From positions 2,356,001 to 2,420,000 of the forward strand of contig JBHGNT010000005.1 in the NCBI GenBank assembly GCA_043228905.1: 64,000 nt of DNA. Direction: 5' to 3'. Positions 38,482 to 53,300 of the stretch are shown piece by piece. The notes under the pieces were generated by a model. It saw only the letters and a list, made by a program, of their open reading frames with translations, ran no database searches and was not told where the DNA came from. The DNA is from Azolla caroliniana (lineage: Eukaryota > Plantae > Polypodiophyta). Position 1 is the stretch's first letter. Each line of letters starts with the position of its first letter. The translations under genes were made by a program, and so were the position numbers.

Positions 38482-41400
38482 ATGGCTACCTCTACCCTTA
38501 CTTTCTTCGACCTCCACAGATCTTCCCTTCCTCCTCCATCGTCATCATCAAGTTTCAACCGTTTCGTCTCTGCGAGAAGCTCTAGCCATAATTCGACAAG
38601 AGGAGTAAGCATTCCAAAAAGATCGACGCTTTCTTACTGTAAATCTAATTGCTTTGGAAATATATACTGGTTGTATGGCAAATTATATTCGAAAGAGCCA
38701 CACGAATTTGTTCAAGCTCGAGGAACCACCAAAGTTCAGGCTAATTCATCTTCTTCGCCATCACCATCATCAGCATTTTCCTCTATTGAATCTGAATATG
38801 ACCCCGTGGACATGAAGATCGTGAGACATGGATCTGCGCTGCTCGAAGATGTCCCTCACTTGACAGACTGGCTTCCTGATTTACCTGTAAGAGTTATTTC
38901 ATTCTAGTTTCCTTTTTTTTCCCTTTCTTCTTCTTCTCACTACAGTGTTGGTTTAGCTATGGATGCAGAAATAGCAGATTCTTCTATGAATTATTGTTCT
39001 TTTTTGCTCATTATTAACTTAGTTTAGCTATGTATGCAATGAACTGAAGTTGGATTACTGCTATATACATTAGCTTATCCTTCTCTTGTAATATTATTCT
39101 AATTAGACGTGGATATGGAAATTATCCCTAGGAATCAATCAATATTTTTCCTCATTATATCATTAGTTTACATATGAGATATGTAAAAAGACAGACTTGA
39201 TTCTGAACATTGCTTATAAAAATTATTATTTGGTTTCTTCATAACTTCTCGTTAGCGTAATAATCATATTGGATATGAAGACAGCTTCCTTGTTTGCCAA
39301 TTTGGCTAATTCATGTAAGAATTATCATTCTTTTTTCTTGCATAACCTTTGGTTAGCTCAACTTGTTGAAGAGTGACTTTTTATGCTTCTCAAATTTCCT
39401 CTTAAAAGTTATGATTCGTTTTCCTTATAATCTTTGGTTTGCAGTCTGGAGAGCAACATATTGCTCTTAAAGCACTCCATTTGACAGGTTTTTCACACGC
39501 AAAGATCTATAGGATAAGATCAAATTTCCATACTTTTTTCTTCTCATATACTTATTTTAATTGTTGCTAGTGACCAAGATATCATTGTAATCTGGACAAA
39601 ACCTTACTTGATTCTGCAAATAAGTAATATTTGACAAGTTTAACGTTTTTTTATTGATCTATGAATCTTACAAATCCATGCAGTATTTATGCACAAGAAG
39701 ATCAGTTTCTCAATGATTATCATTCTTTTTTCTCACAGCCTTTTCTTAGCATAACTGTTGTTAGCGACCATGATATCATCATACTAAGTAGAATACTTGA
39801 ATTTTGCAAAAGAGCAATATTTGAAATGATTTTGGTATTTGAGTTGTTTCTGAATTCTTAGATCTATGCATCATCAGATTTCAATTAGTATACATTTTTT
39901 TCCTCTCATAACCTCAAGGTAGCTTAACTGTTGCCAGCTATTGTCATTTTATCTTAGTCTGGAACATTAAATTGATTGATTCTGCCAAATGGCAACGTTC
40001 AGCTGGTTTCATATTTGATCAACATATCAAGTTTTGCATATCACTCCAAGATCAGATTTCAATAAGTGTCATTATTTTATATTTTATAACCTTAGTTAGC
40101 GTAACTATTACTAATGATCACAATCCATTGTCGTCTGGAATGATATATTGCTTGATTCTGAAAAGATCTCTGCAACATCTATGTAGGATGCACTAAAGTA
40201 TTGATCTATGAGCTTTCAATGTCCATGAACAAAAACATAAAATGATCAATAGTTAAGTAAGCCACAATATGCGAGGATCTCTCATCTACTAGATGTTTAT
40301 CAAATAGTTTATTACAAATTATTGTTCAAATACACACAAATTTATGGATTGCAAACATATCATGAAACTTTAGGATTCTTGTGAACCTGCTTACTCAACC
40401 TCGCATTCTGATAAGTGGAACGATATCCTTATGTAGAACATTTAAGGTATGTTAATCTTCATATTGTTAGATATAGCTTTCATCTCGATTTAGAAGTTAT
40501 TTTTTCCTATCCAACATACCCTCTTCGACTTTTCTAGCATGATTTCTATCATTTCTCTCTTTTGCCAGAGATCTTGATATTATCTATAGTCTGGAACATT
40601 ACATTAATTGATTATGTTGCCGTTCATGTAGCTCATATTTGATTGACATATTGATTTTTACAGATTACCTGATATCTATGAGCATATCAGATTTCAATAA
40701 GTTTCATCCTTTCTTATTTTATGACCTTAGTTAGCTTAACTGTTGCTAACCATCGTGGTCCTTTGTAGTCTTGCTTGATTCTAAAAAAGATCTCTGCAAA
40801 TGAGCCACAAAATGTGAGGATCTGTCATCTGCTAAATGTTTATTGAAAAATCTATTGCAAATTATTGTTCAGATAAATAGATAGAATTATGAATTGTGAA
40901 CATGTCATAGAACATTAGGATTCTTGTGAACCGTCTGTCAATCGCCTTGCATTGTTATAAGTGAAAAGATATCTTTATGTAGAGCATTCAAGTTATGTTA
41001 ATCTTCGTAGTGCTAGCCCTAGCTTTTATCTTGAGTTTGTAATTTCTTTTTCATGTCCAAAATACCCTCTTCAGTCTTTCTAGCATGATTTCTACGATTT
41101 CTCTCCTTCATTTTCTCTATTTAGGAAATGCATGTCTTATCAGTTTGTGTTGTTTGGGTGAAGAAGATGACAATTTTGTTTACTGTTATATATACTTTGT
41201 TATTCAAGGTTCTCAGGATTCTCGGAATGGTCTAATTCAAACCTTTGTTGAAAGTTTTTTAAAGTTTAAAACATTCAGTATGAGAAGATGTATCGTCCAC
41301 AGTCCTGAAGGACTTTGTGAGACAACTCTGTAAAAACAAGGAATTGCAGTTGCAGAATGCATTTGACAAAAAAGCAATTCATCTCTTTTGTGGACATTGC

Positions 41401-44400
41401 CATTAACTGGGAATCCTTTTCCATATAGTATAACTTTCTCAAACTCATCTTAATATCCCTGGATGCATCGCAAGCAATATTTACCATTTGTTGTCTCATG
41501 GGATTTTATGGTCTTTGTCTAAATATTTGTTGTGAGCCGGTGAGATAACAGTGTTCTTTTGTGTCGTGTATTATTTATCTTGAAATAATATAACAGGTGA
41601 ATATTGGTAACAACGACCATCCTGCATAAGTATAGGCATTATGTGGCATTTGTTTTCTTCTAATGAAAAAGATGTAAATAGAATCCAACTGTATTATGTA
41701 ATATGTGAAATTATTGTTTTGTAAATCATCATCATAGAATATCTATTGGAAAGAGTAAACAATGGTCTATTATTTTTACTTATCCCTTGTCAATTGCATC
41801 ATATAATTATATATTGTTTGATGCTTGTTGCAGACATACAATAGTCCTCTCACTTACAATCCAGTCTTTGACTCTGGAAGGTAAAGAGACTTATATTATC
41901 AACAATATTTGTTTCCATTTCGTGGTGTCATTATTTCACATGCCCTTATGACAGGTACTATTTTGTTGGCCCAGATGATGTAGTTGCTAAAAATGTGAGT
42001 ATTATTTTGCGTCAAACCTATTGTTTGCAGTGCATGCATACAGCTATTTGCTATATATGCACATTGAAGTATGTTTTTGTTATGTTCAAAGGTTGTGTCA
42101 TCACCTCGCGTTCAAGGAGAAGTAATACAACGATATTTTCGTCGTGCGGGTCCTAGAGCAAAGGTATTTATCTTGCTTATCTATTTTTCCACCTCAAAAC
42201 CGTTAATAATGTACTTTTAGTTGTGCAAAAACATATGTGGTTGTATGAAAATGTTAATTTTATGTGTTAGTTATACAAAATCACCAAATTCTAAATGTTT
42301 GTTCTGATTAATTAGATTATGTTATGACTGTATGATGAAAACGTAAAATGTTGTTTAGTTGTACAAGAGCATCATTTGATCTTTCCTGCAGGTTTACTTT
42401 AAATCTAATGAAGTTCGAGCTTGCATTGTCACATGTGGAGGCCTTTGCCCTGGCTTGAATACGGTTATTCGAGAGATAGTATGTGGGTTGTGGAATCAGT
42501 ATGGAGTTCAAGACATAATTGGCATTGAGGTGCTCATCTATTTCTTTGCAAGTTCCCAGTGTATCTCTTTGTGGTCCTTTAAACGAAATATCAACCATGT
42601 ACAAAAATGAGGCGTAACTTCATCCTAATAAATCTATTACTCAATTGATAGAAAAAATGGATAAAAAGATGATACAAATGGTAAAATACTGTGTTACTGG
42701 TGGCTGGTATCTATAAAAACTTGACCATAGTAAGATATTCTTGATTCTAAATGTTTATTACTATCTTTGGATCGATACCCAGGGTGGTTATAGAGGATTC
42801 TATGCTCGTAATACTGTACGTCTGGACCCAAAAGCAGTTAACGATATCCATAAGCGTGGTGGAACTGTGCTTGGAACTTCACGTGGTGGTCATGATACTA
42901 TGAAAATTGTGGATAGTATTGAGGACCGTGGAATCAACCAGGTGCTTTTCTAATAATTTCTCCTTCTGATTCCTTGTTGCAATATAGCTAGCATTGTCTC
43001 ATTATTTATTTGGTAGGTATATATCATTGGGGGTGATGGAACTCAAAAAGGGGCTGCTGCAATCTACAAGGTATAAATGGAAACTTCGTAGTGTTGTATT
43101 ATCATTTAAAAAATTCTGATATTTAAAGTAAGGATATGCTGAGGATATGCTGAGGAATCCCAAATAGGAAGTGCGAAAACGAGGCTTGAAGGTGAATGTT
43201 ACAGGCATACCGAAGACAATTGACAATGATATTGCAGTATGTATCAAATTTCTTATAGACATGCTACTTATTCCTGTTCCTGTTAGCAGGTTTTTGAACT
43301 TACTCTTTGTCTTGTTCCAGATTATTGATAGGTCATTTGGATTTGACACAGCAGTTGAGGAGGCTCAACGGGCCATAAATGCTGCTCACACTGAGGCAGA
43401 AAGTGCACAAAATGGCATAGGTCTTGTGAAGTTGATGGGTCGACATAGTGGTATTGTACACATTCTCTCTCTGAATGAATTTGTTGCGTATAATTTCGTA
43501 GCTCTTATATGAGTTTCAAATACGAAATATAAAGAGGGTCATTTTGGAAACATCTGGCTTACGTGAGCTGTGAAGTTATTGGATTGCCTGCCTGGCCTGA
43601 CATCATGGTAATGAATTGAAGTAGCATTGACTATAGGTTCACAAAACCCATGCCTTTGCCTGCATCTAAATTTTCCGTATGTGTCTCCCCTCAATATCCC
43701 ACCCATTTTGACGATAGGTACTACGATGAGATACCATAAAATCTTCATGAAACAATAATCTCCTGGTAGAATTTGGGAGCTGAGATAATCACAACTTCTG
43801 TAAATAGAGTGAAGTGTATTAATGGACTGATAAATAAAAATTCTCTCATTCTTTCACCATCACGTTAGCCTATAGAAACTTTTGTTGACCATCAAACTCT
43901 GACCGGCATAATTTAAATTCGTAGCTGTTGTGGCTACACTTTCAGACTAGTTGTCTAGTCAACTTTACAATAACCGATTGTCTAGGCTTGCACGGGTTTT
44001 TTCTACTTTTGATTTTATCTAGTCAACATCTCAAAACCAAACAGTGCTGGTGGAAGTATCAAAGCAGAAAATAATACCAATGAAAGGATCCTGAGCAATT
44101 ATCAGTCTTCTCGTCTTTGCAGATAATTTTTTTATCTCTTCACAACATTCATGTCCTTCCATAATATCTTAGATCTCTTTAACAGTTAACTTTCAGTCAT
44201 CATAGACAATGCCAATAATCAATATCCGTGCTAGAGCATTTTGCAAGATCTTCAAAGAACAGAAATTTGGAAGGAGCAATAATAATGATTTAATATTGGT
44301 AAATCATTATTACCCCCCCAATTCCAGAGACCATGTCTCTTTAACAACATTTATGTCCTTCCGTAATATCTTAGATATCTTTAGCAGTTAACTTTCAGCC

Positions 44401-47400
44401 ATGATAGACAATGTCAATAATCTCTATCCTTCCAAGAGCCATTCCCAAGTTCTTCAAAGAAAATTACAGAAATTTGGGAGGAAAATAAACAATGATCATT
44501 ATTACCCCCCCAAATCCAGAGACCATGGGAACTCTAACAGGCTTGAAACGCGGGCACTGATCATCATCAAGGTCACATGAACTAGCCTATTATTATGCTC
44601 TATATGGATCACGCTATTTCTTTTCCATAGTAGATATGGGATCTTTGTAAAACTTATTGGAGTTTCATGAGATACTGCATGTATACTTGCATTAGTTTTG
44701 TTTTGTTTGAGAATTGGGAGATGATCCTTCTTTTGATAATGGAGATAACTGTGGTAATAGTTTTGATAGCCTTCATGTTGGGTGATTTTTGTCTTCTGTT
44801 GAGATGTGACAAAATTTCAAGGTATTTGTTTTTTAATAATCCTATATCTACTCTTGGGCAACTTATATTGCGTGTGAGAATGAGTTAGCTTTTGGTTCAA
44901 AGCATTTATTCATGATGAGCTAAAAACTCTAGAGGTGAAGATTACACTCAAAATGTCAAAATGTTTGGGCTTATATGTATGCATATTTTTCACTTGTATT
45001 CTTTTCTACTCTTGGTAAATTAATAATGTGAGTGAGAATGACTTGGTTTTTATCCTAGGTATTCATGATGAGTTGAATGAATGAGGTGAAGTTTACTCTA
45101 AATTTTTTTAATTGTACATGCATATTTTCACTTGTATTCTTTGACTAGAGAAGTTACTCTTTCTTCTCATTTTATCTTTATTCCAAGGTTTACTTCACTT
45201 TTCACACATATGTAATATGTATAAAGTTTAAAAGTGTAACAAATTGCATGCCTAATGTTGTAAATGATCAAAATTACCTCAAATGATTTCAGAAGTTGGA
45301 GACTCCAATTCTTTATTATGCTATGTTCTTGGTTTGTTAAAGTTACTTGCAGAAGCTGATCCATGATTAATCATGGAAGATGGCCATATAGAATTAGACT
45401 GTGTGAGGTTTTGTATATTTTCCTACAAAGCAGAACCTTGTGTAAATCTTCATATTATTGTGAAATGAAACTAGATTGAACTTGAGTAACATGGTAGAAA
45501 AACATGAAATGAAGCAAGTGATAGCAATGACCTTAATCGACTCACTATCCCTTTTAACTACGTGAACCTAGTGCAGTGACCCCAAGTTTAGCCAGAAGTC
45601 TGTTTGTTGCTTGGGAAAATAAGTCAGACATTTCTATCAAAACAAGTGTAGGTTTTTTGCTTCACAATATCTACTTTCTCTTTGCCATTCTCTCTGCATA
45701 CATGCAAATTGATATCTTTTTTGCTTCATTGAATGGTCTCTCTTCAACCTTCTATTTTCCGATGTTGTGCCCCCTTATTGCAGCCTGGTTTTCTCTTACA
45801 CATAAACTGATTTCAGGACCTTCTATCAATTTGCCAAATTTCTCTAAGTGGCATAGTTTGTTGATTTTTCTTCTTTCTTTTTCTGTCCACCACCACAGCT
45901 CCATTTTGATATCATGCATTCCAGTTTTGTTTATTAAACTTTCATGAATGCATTAAAATATCCTTCATTCATCATGAAAATATATTTAGCATGTACTAAC
46001 TCTAGGTGAGATTGTTTCCCCATTCCATTTCTCTAACTTCCATGTATTGTAATGTAAACTAATGTAGGATGTGTTTTGTGTTCATTACTAGCACTACATA
46101 ATCCTTAGAAAACATATTGAAATGGTAGATGCCTCCTTGCCAAGGTACATCTCTAGCCTTGTGAGCATCATTACATTGATCCAGAGTTACATGTATTGGC
46201 CAAACTCTCTTAGAGCACAAAATGAGCTCTAAGAGGCATAGTAAAAACACCAATCTGGAATGTAAATGAATTGATTAAGCAAGGAGAATCACTAAATTAG
46301 TACCATCAATTTTTAAATCAGAAAGACATGTACCATTAGAATTTAAATAAGGAAGACTTACCCCTTCATGTTTATTTCACTTGGGATATTTATTTTGACA
46401 CTTTCAGTTAGTGCGCTAATATGAAAGGCTGCCTTGCAGGATATATTGCAATGTTTGCAACTCTTGCAAGCCGTGATGTGGTGAGGTTTTTATTGTCATT
46501 ACTACCCAATGTTACCTCTGCACACTAATGAGCCCATATGAAGATGAGAAACTCGTGTTTGCTATGCAGGATTTATGTCTGATACCCGAAGTTCCCTTTT
46601 ATCTAGAGGGCAAGGGTGGTTTGTATGAATTTGTAGAGCGCCGCCTCCGAGAGAATGGTCATATGGTTATAGTTGTAGCCGAAGGTGCTGGACAAGAACT
46701 TCTAAAGACTTGTGGGAAAGAAAGCGGTTGTGATGAATCAGGGAATCAATTGCTCCTTGATATTGGCTTATGGCTTTCAGAGAAGCTCAAGGTAAACGAA
46801 GTGACTCAATTCAACTCAGTGTCATGTATAAATACACTCTCAAGCGATTTGTATTAACCAAATTAACTACTTTTTCATTATTACCATGAAGGATCATTTT
46901 ATTTCAACAAAGAAAGGGTCTTTGAATCTTAAATACATTGGTAAGCAGTACTACATTACAAAAGCAACCATGAAAGTACATACTCATGTTAATCTACTTG
47001 CTATTTGTTCAGAAGTATTAACCATTGTTGGCAATTTTAATCTACTGATGATTTTTGGCCTAAAATTATGGTAAATTTTCAGATCCAACATACATGATTC
47101 GAGCTATTCCTAGTAATGCATCAGATAATGTGTACTGCACTCTACTAGCGCAAAGTGGTATTCATGGTGCAATGGCTGGATATACAGGGTTCACCGTTGC
47201 ACCTGTGAATGGTCGTCACTCATACATTCCCATCTCGGTGATTATATCCATTCAAAACAGTCTTCTTTTTTCACATCCTGTTTTTTCCACATAATAAGCT
47301 TCTAAGCCAAATTTGCCTCTTTGATTGGTTGATTGATGCAGAGAGTAACAGAAAAACAAAATCGTGTCAACATTTATGATAGAATGTGGGCTAGATTGCT

Positions 47401-47581
47401 CTCGACAACAAATCAGCCAGCGTTTATTGATGCTGAAATGTCGGACGATGAAGAGAGCTCGACTACATCTCTATCTTTTTCATCTTCATCTCCACAGATA
47501 ACATCCTCTCTGCATCAAAAAAGCACAAACGGGGTTCTATTAACACAAAAAGAGCTTGACGGGGTAGCTAAAATTGAGTGA
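38482..47581 (+). CDS. PFK: ATP-dependent 6-phosphofructokinase, probable plastid transit peptide
   Basis: 14 exons: 38482-38886, 41834-41880, 41955-41994, 42092-42163, 42392-42529, 42783-42941, 43017-43070, 43168-43236, 43321-43450, 46440-46480, 46570-46791, 46892-46940, 47083-47237, 47342-47581. Motifs: [60 protein letters not shown]. The N-terminus is Ser-rich. Confidence 0.96.
39900..41110. repeat. Diverged ~600-bp tandem duplication within PFK intron 1
   Basis: Shared blocks tagtctggaacatt (39956 and 40587), atcagatttcaataagt (40051 and 40686), ttaggattcttgtgaacc (40370 and 40915) and ctagcatgatttcta (40534 and 41080). Confidence 0.8.
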
Positions 47582-48651
47582 GAAAAAGAATTTTGTATTC
47601 TTAGCAGAGTCGCTCTGCCCGAATAACACACAAACTTCCATCACATATCTCCCCAATCAATAGTCTATACACCTTTTGTCTAGACATAAAGGTGATAATT
47701 CTAAAACAATTCACATGCGATCCAAAGCACGGGTTTCACATGTCAAGAAGACTACTAAAATGAAAGACGAGTGAAATCCCTTCAGCAACTTATCTTTGTA
47801 CCATTGCAATCACTACTAGTTTGGCAAAGCTCTACTTCTGTAGAGAGTTGCTAATATGTTGAGTTCACCTCATTCAAACATTAAAGTCGATTCACATTTT
47901 CTTTATATAAAATTTATGTAAAATGTCATCATCACCAAATTATATTTTATGATCAATGGATTGCTTTGGTCAGAGACATTACAACAATCTTGGGTAATAA
48001 AAAATTGAAGTGCTCATTCTATGTGTGAGTACTCTCTATCATGTTGCATGTCTAAAATTATTTCCTTGTTAAGCATATCCAATGTCTTTTAGCAAAGAAT
48101 GCCAATGCTAACGAAATGTTAAATAATTGCTAAATGAATGAGGTTTGACGTTCACTGAAGTAGAGAGAAATACTGCATTGTCCTATGAAGCCTTCATATA
48201 CTACTATTAACTTTTGTGCCATGTTCTAGATCCCATGATAATTCCCCTTCCCCATTCATGTCATTTCTCTAGGTACTTCTATATTGACAACTTCTGTTGA
48301 TGCTCAAAAAACACCAAAATGGTCACTATGCAATAGATGAAGCAACAATTTGTTGATGCTGAAACAACTTTCAAGCGTTTGTCAAGTAGTGCTATAGCCA
48401 GCACAATGAATCTAAATTATACATTGCTATCCTCTTTCTGATTGTAAATAGATTCATGGTTAATTTAACTTCAGTAAATTAATCCTTAAATATGAAATGG
48501 TAATTAGAGAACTCAAGGTGTTTGGGCAATCATATGAACCCATAATAATAATGAAATAAACGGTTCAATGTGTATTTATCTTTATTCACAACATAGCAAT
48601 TACATTTATTCATACATATACAATTGCATGCTGGTCTAATTATTTATTTCC

Positions 48652-48654
48652 TGT

Positions 48655-48734
<80 letters not shown>
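48652..48734. repeat. Compound (TG)n(AG)n microsatellite
   Basis: About 14 TG units followed directly by about 28 AG units. Confidence 0.98.
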
Positions 48735-48739
<5 letters not shown>

Positions 48740-50327
48740 ACCTTCCACCATTTCGCAAAGGGATTTCTGGGAAGTGGGCATACTGTGCTACTCTATTTTC
48801 AAAACAATGTGACTAGTAACAATGTCTATTGCTAATGATTAATTTGAAATGTTGGCTTATAGAGTGGCTTGTGTAGCTAATGTGTTTGATGCCAACAACC
48901 GAAAATAAATTACCTGACATGTGCGCCCAAGCTTTAAACTTTAAAATTCCCTTCCATTACAGTACCAAAAGGAATTTCATCAGTTGAACAGATCACCAAA
49001 TGACGGTGTACATGATACAAACAAATCAAACACAAATACAAGTAACATTTATTGAATAGAGAATGACAGTCAACCTAGAATATATAATTATCTCACCATT
49101 TTGACAAACAAAGCACATTGTTTTTTATCCTCAGCTTATAGAGTGTCTTGTGGAGCTTGCGTGTTTGATATGATGAGTGAAAATAAACTACCTTGACATG
49201 CACATAACCAAGACTTAAAATTCCTTTTCATTATAGTATTTGAAGGGGTTTCATCAATCAAAGAACAGAACAACGAATAAAGGGGTACATGATCCACACA
49301 TATCAAAACACAAACACAAGTAACAATTCTTGGATAGACAAATAGTCTACCTAGGATATATGATTATCTCCCCATTTTGACTAGTGAAGCATTTTGTTTT
49401 TTGTCCAAATATCTGCATCAATCTTAGTGTTTTGGTACTCATCTTCATTTGACACTGCATTATATTCTTGATACCCCATGGAAGCTTATTTTGGTGGGTA
49501 CTATTAATATGAACTAAAGAAAAGACAAATATTGAGTACATCTTGTAATCGGACAGGGGTATTTCATTTGGCTTCATCATGAAGTGACTCAATTTCCATA
49601 AATAGTTGAAAATATATTTGCCATTGATTCAAAGCATTGCAAAACAATCACAAGTAAGATTTTCTTCAGTAATATTAAAATCGCATGTCAGCCTTCACCA
49701 CAATATCATTAAATAAACATTGTATAAATTACTGGCATCTGACAAATCACAGCAAGATATGTTTGCACGTACCAAAATGCCTGTCTGCAAAGTATGAGCT
49801 GCCAAGATTGCTGTCATGATGATCATTGCCACATAAGGTAGACTGTTTTGCACCGTAGAGATAAAACACATTATAATCAGGAGGATGGGATATTCGCCAA
49901 ATATTAACTTCAGGTTTTAAGCTGACCCTGTTTGATCAATATATATACTTCTTATACACATATTAGATTCTAGCATTAACAGGTGATTTTGAACAAAAGC
50001 AAAGCCTCATAGAAATGACCATTATCCTTTGACTTACTATATAAATGTTTACTGGTGGGTGCCCTCATCTTTCCTGTGTAGCTAAAACACACATTTGGCC
50101 AACAAAATAATTATTTACCGCGTTAAGTACACCTAGACATGGGCATGAAAATGTATTGACTCATAAAAAAAATCAACATTCAACCTCATGCTACAGAGAA
50201 ACAATCTTTTGATCACTTTCAATGGTTATGCAAAGAAATACATCTGATCAAATTTATTGTTATCACACATCTTGGCTTGTTGATAAAATATCACCACGAA
50301 AGAAATTGAGGACGTGCACCAACCAAG

Positions 50328-53300
50328 TCATTCATCTGATTTTATGACGCAATCCTGTTCCACCATTGCATTCATGAGCTCTGTTGCTTCTGATTTCCTA
50401 TCTTTCTTATTCAGCAGACGGAGAAGATGCTGGAGCTGCCGTGACTGTACTTTAATATTGCCTTTATCCATGACATACTTGCATAATTTTATACCTTTGT
50501 CAAGCTGTCGAGCTCGATTCAGCGCATCAAGAATAGCTGTAGCCTCTCTTGTTAACAGTTTTGGATTAGTGGCTAACAACTCATCAAACATGTCACCTAC
50601 ATCATCAAATTTGGATGCAATACTAAATGTTTGCATTAGCATATTGAAAGTGCTTATAGGCAACTGCAATCTTTCAGCTTTTAGCTCACTTAAGAGCTGT
50701 TTGGCTTTCTCTAGCTTATACAAATTGCAACAGCCTCGCAACACTATCACATAGCTGGTTACATCAGGCGTACATACACCACCTTTCATTGTGTCTAAAA
50801 CCCCTAATGCTTCAGCAAGCTTTCCACTTTTGATAAGTCCACGTAGTAGAATATTGCAAGAATCAGGAGACAACTTCTCCCCTTTCTCTGATGCAGTTTT
50901 AAATTCCCCCACTGCTTTCTCAACATCATTCACCTTGCATTGGTTCACAATAAACAACCTTTTGGTGTCAGTTGTAGGTGTGCATCCATCTGCTTCCATC
51001 TCCCCTAAATGCTGGGTTGCTTTGTCATATTGTCCCAACTTTAGGTATCCTTTAATTATACAATTATGTGTTGTGATGTCTGGTTTAAGACCATTTGATT
51101 TCATCCCTTGAAAAAGCTGGAGCGCTTCATCCATCTTCTTTTCCTGGCACAGATCGCTGATTAGAGTATTGTATATATCCATATCTGGGTTAAGACCCTT
51201 TTCATGCATAACTTCACAGCATTTCATAGCCTCATCTATTTTGTTGGACTTACACATAGACTTCACAAGCATCTTGTAAGTCTGAATATTTGGTGGGCAA
51301 TCATTTTTTTCCATCTCCTCCACCACCTTCTGTGCAAATTCTATCTCATTGGATCGAGCATATACTGCAACAGCAGAATTAAAGTAGTCTATTTTACCCT
51401 CAATGCTTTCATCCGATAATCGCTGTATCAACTTCTCTGCCCTTTCATAATCACTGGCCTTAATGAAACCAGTCAATGCGGCATCATAAACCTTTGGGTT
51501 AGGACTGAAACCAAAAGATTCCATAATCTCTGGAATTTCCTCTGCTTTAGATGCCATGCCAGCTTTCCCAAAGTAATGAACTAAAGTGACAAATAATTTA
51601 GGGTTGACAGGCATGTCACTCTCTTTCATCTCCTTAAGAATCTCCAAGGCCTTTTCAAACTTGCCTGATCGTATTAAGTTTCTGAACATTGTACTATAAA
51701 CATGTTTGCTGTGTTCATAACCCTCTTGTTTTCCCGCCCAAATGAAAAATTTCTCTGCAAAGTCAGATCCCATGTTTTGGACTACCCTTGATACCAGATG
51801 ATGACTGAGTTTTCCTGAGTATTCACCTAAAGCTTCCTCAACATCTGTATTCCATGACTTACCTCCACAAACTTCTAGCACCTTCCTTAAATTGCTTTTA
51901 GCCTTGGGAATAGTAGGATCTAGTTCTACTTGGTTTGTTGAAATGTCTGAACTATTCATAAGATCCACTGTCTCAGCTGAGAATGATCTGCAGCAGTGCT
52001 TTCTAGACGCAATACCGAAGCTAATCCTCACTGTCAAATCAGATTTGGGAGCTACCAATGGGGGGTCACCAAGAAGCTTGTATGCCTGCCAACTGCAAAG
52101 GGAAATGTTTTAGATAAGTAGTTGGAATAGAAATCCCAGCAGTAAAAGTGATGAAGCCTCCCCTTTTGCTTTGTAATTTCCTTTTTTCCCTATAGATATT
52201 AAACTATTTACAGCCATTCTTGGAGAAAAAAGACCTTACAGCCTCTGCAAGGACCAGGATGATAGTTCTGACTTATAAATGATGCTGTCAAAACTTATGC
52301 ATCCAAAATTACAGGGCTATTCTGATTCATTTCAAATATCTTACTTCAAATTTTTAGAACAGTTATTTTCTGTAAATCCTAAATATAAACGCATGTATGA
52401 TTACAGTATACATGGAAACAATAATGTGATAACACTCCATTTTCTCCATTAACATTTTTGCACATCTACATATTGACATGGTAAACGAGGGCATCCAATC
52501 CCTTGCTAGCACGTTGACACAAGTAGATGAAGAGTTTTGCATGGTTTACGGTGAAAATGTCTAACATCAATAAGTGTGAAACACTGTATCACAAGGAAGT
52601 ATGAAATCACAAAACAGGGAATACAGTTTCCATTAATGTTGATTAAAATAATGCATGCCTTTATTTTTTGCAAGCCTATATGAGAAGATTTCAATGATAA
52701 CTAAAAAGGCTTAACTTCCTTCACATGCAAATATTCTTGAGGAGAAAATAAAAATGAAAAAAATGAATCTACTTCTTAACCTACTGCAGCAAAACTACAG
52801 AGATACGTTCAAATGACATGATTTTACACAACATGAAAAACATGGAAATCATACAGAGAGAAAATTAAGCAACTAAATCATATTAAGATACAAGAAGTTC
52901 TTGATAAAAACTCAAACACTTCGATTCTATAAGTCCTACTGCAGCAAAACTACAGAGAAACGTTCAAATTACTTGATTTTACAAGACATGAAAAACATGC
53001 AGAAAAACTAAGCTAAAGGCATTCAAACTATTTTGATGCTTCCAAAATAAAGAGTATAGCATACTGCAAGATAAAAATAGTTCAAACACTCTGATAAAAT
53101 GCCTAAAAACAAGTGTAAGAGAAAGACAAATATAGAATAATTGAAGGGAAAATGGTTGAATGCTACAAGAACTGAAAACAAGCATGGAAAGATCATACTG
53201 AGAGAAATGCAGAACACATATCAGAAGGAAAAGTATAAAAGACGTTCAGATTAAAACCAAGGACTGTCTTAGTAGTGAAAGTCGAATAATATAAATAACA

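Noticed and set aside
48653-48835. ORFs with CV/RE/SL/HT dipeptide runs (also 8486-8850 and 25931-26200)
   Set aside because: These are translations of microsatellites, not genes.
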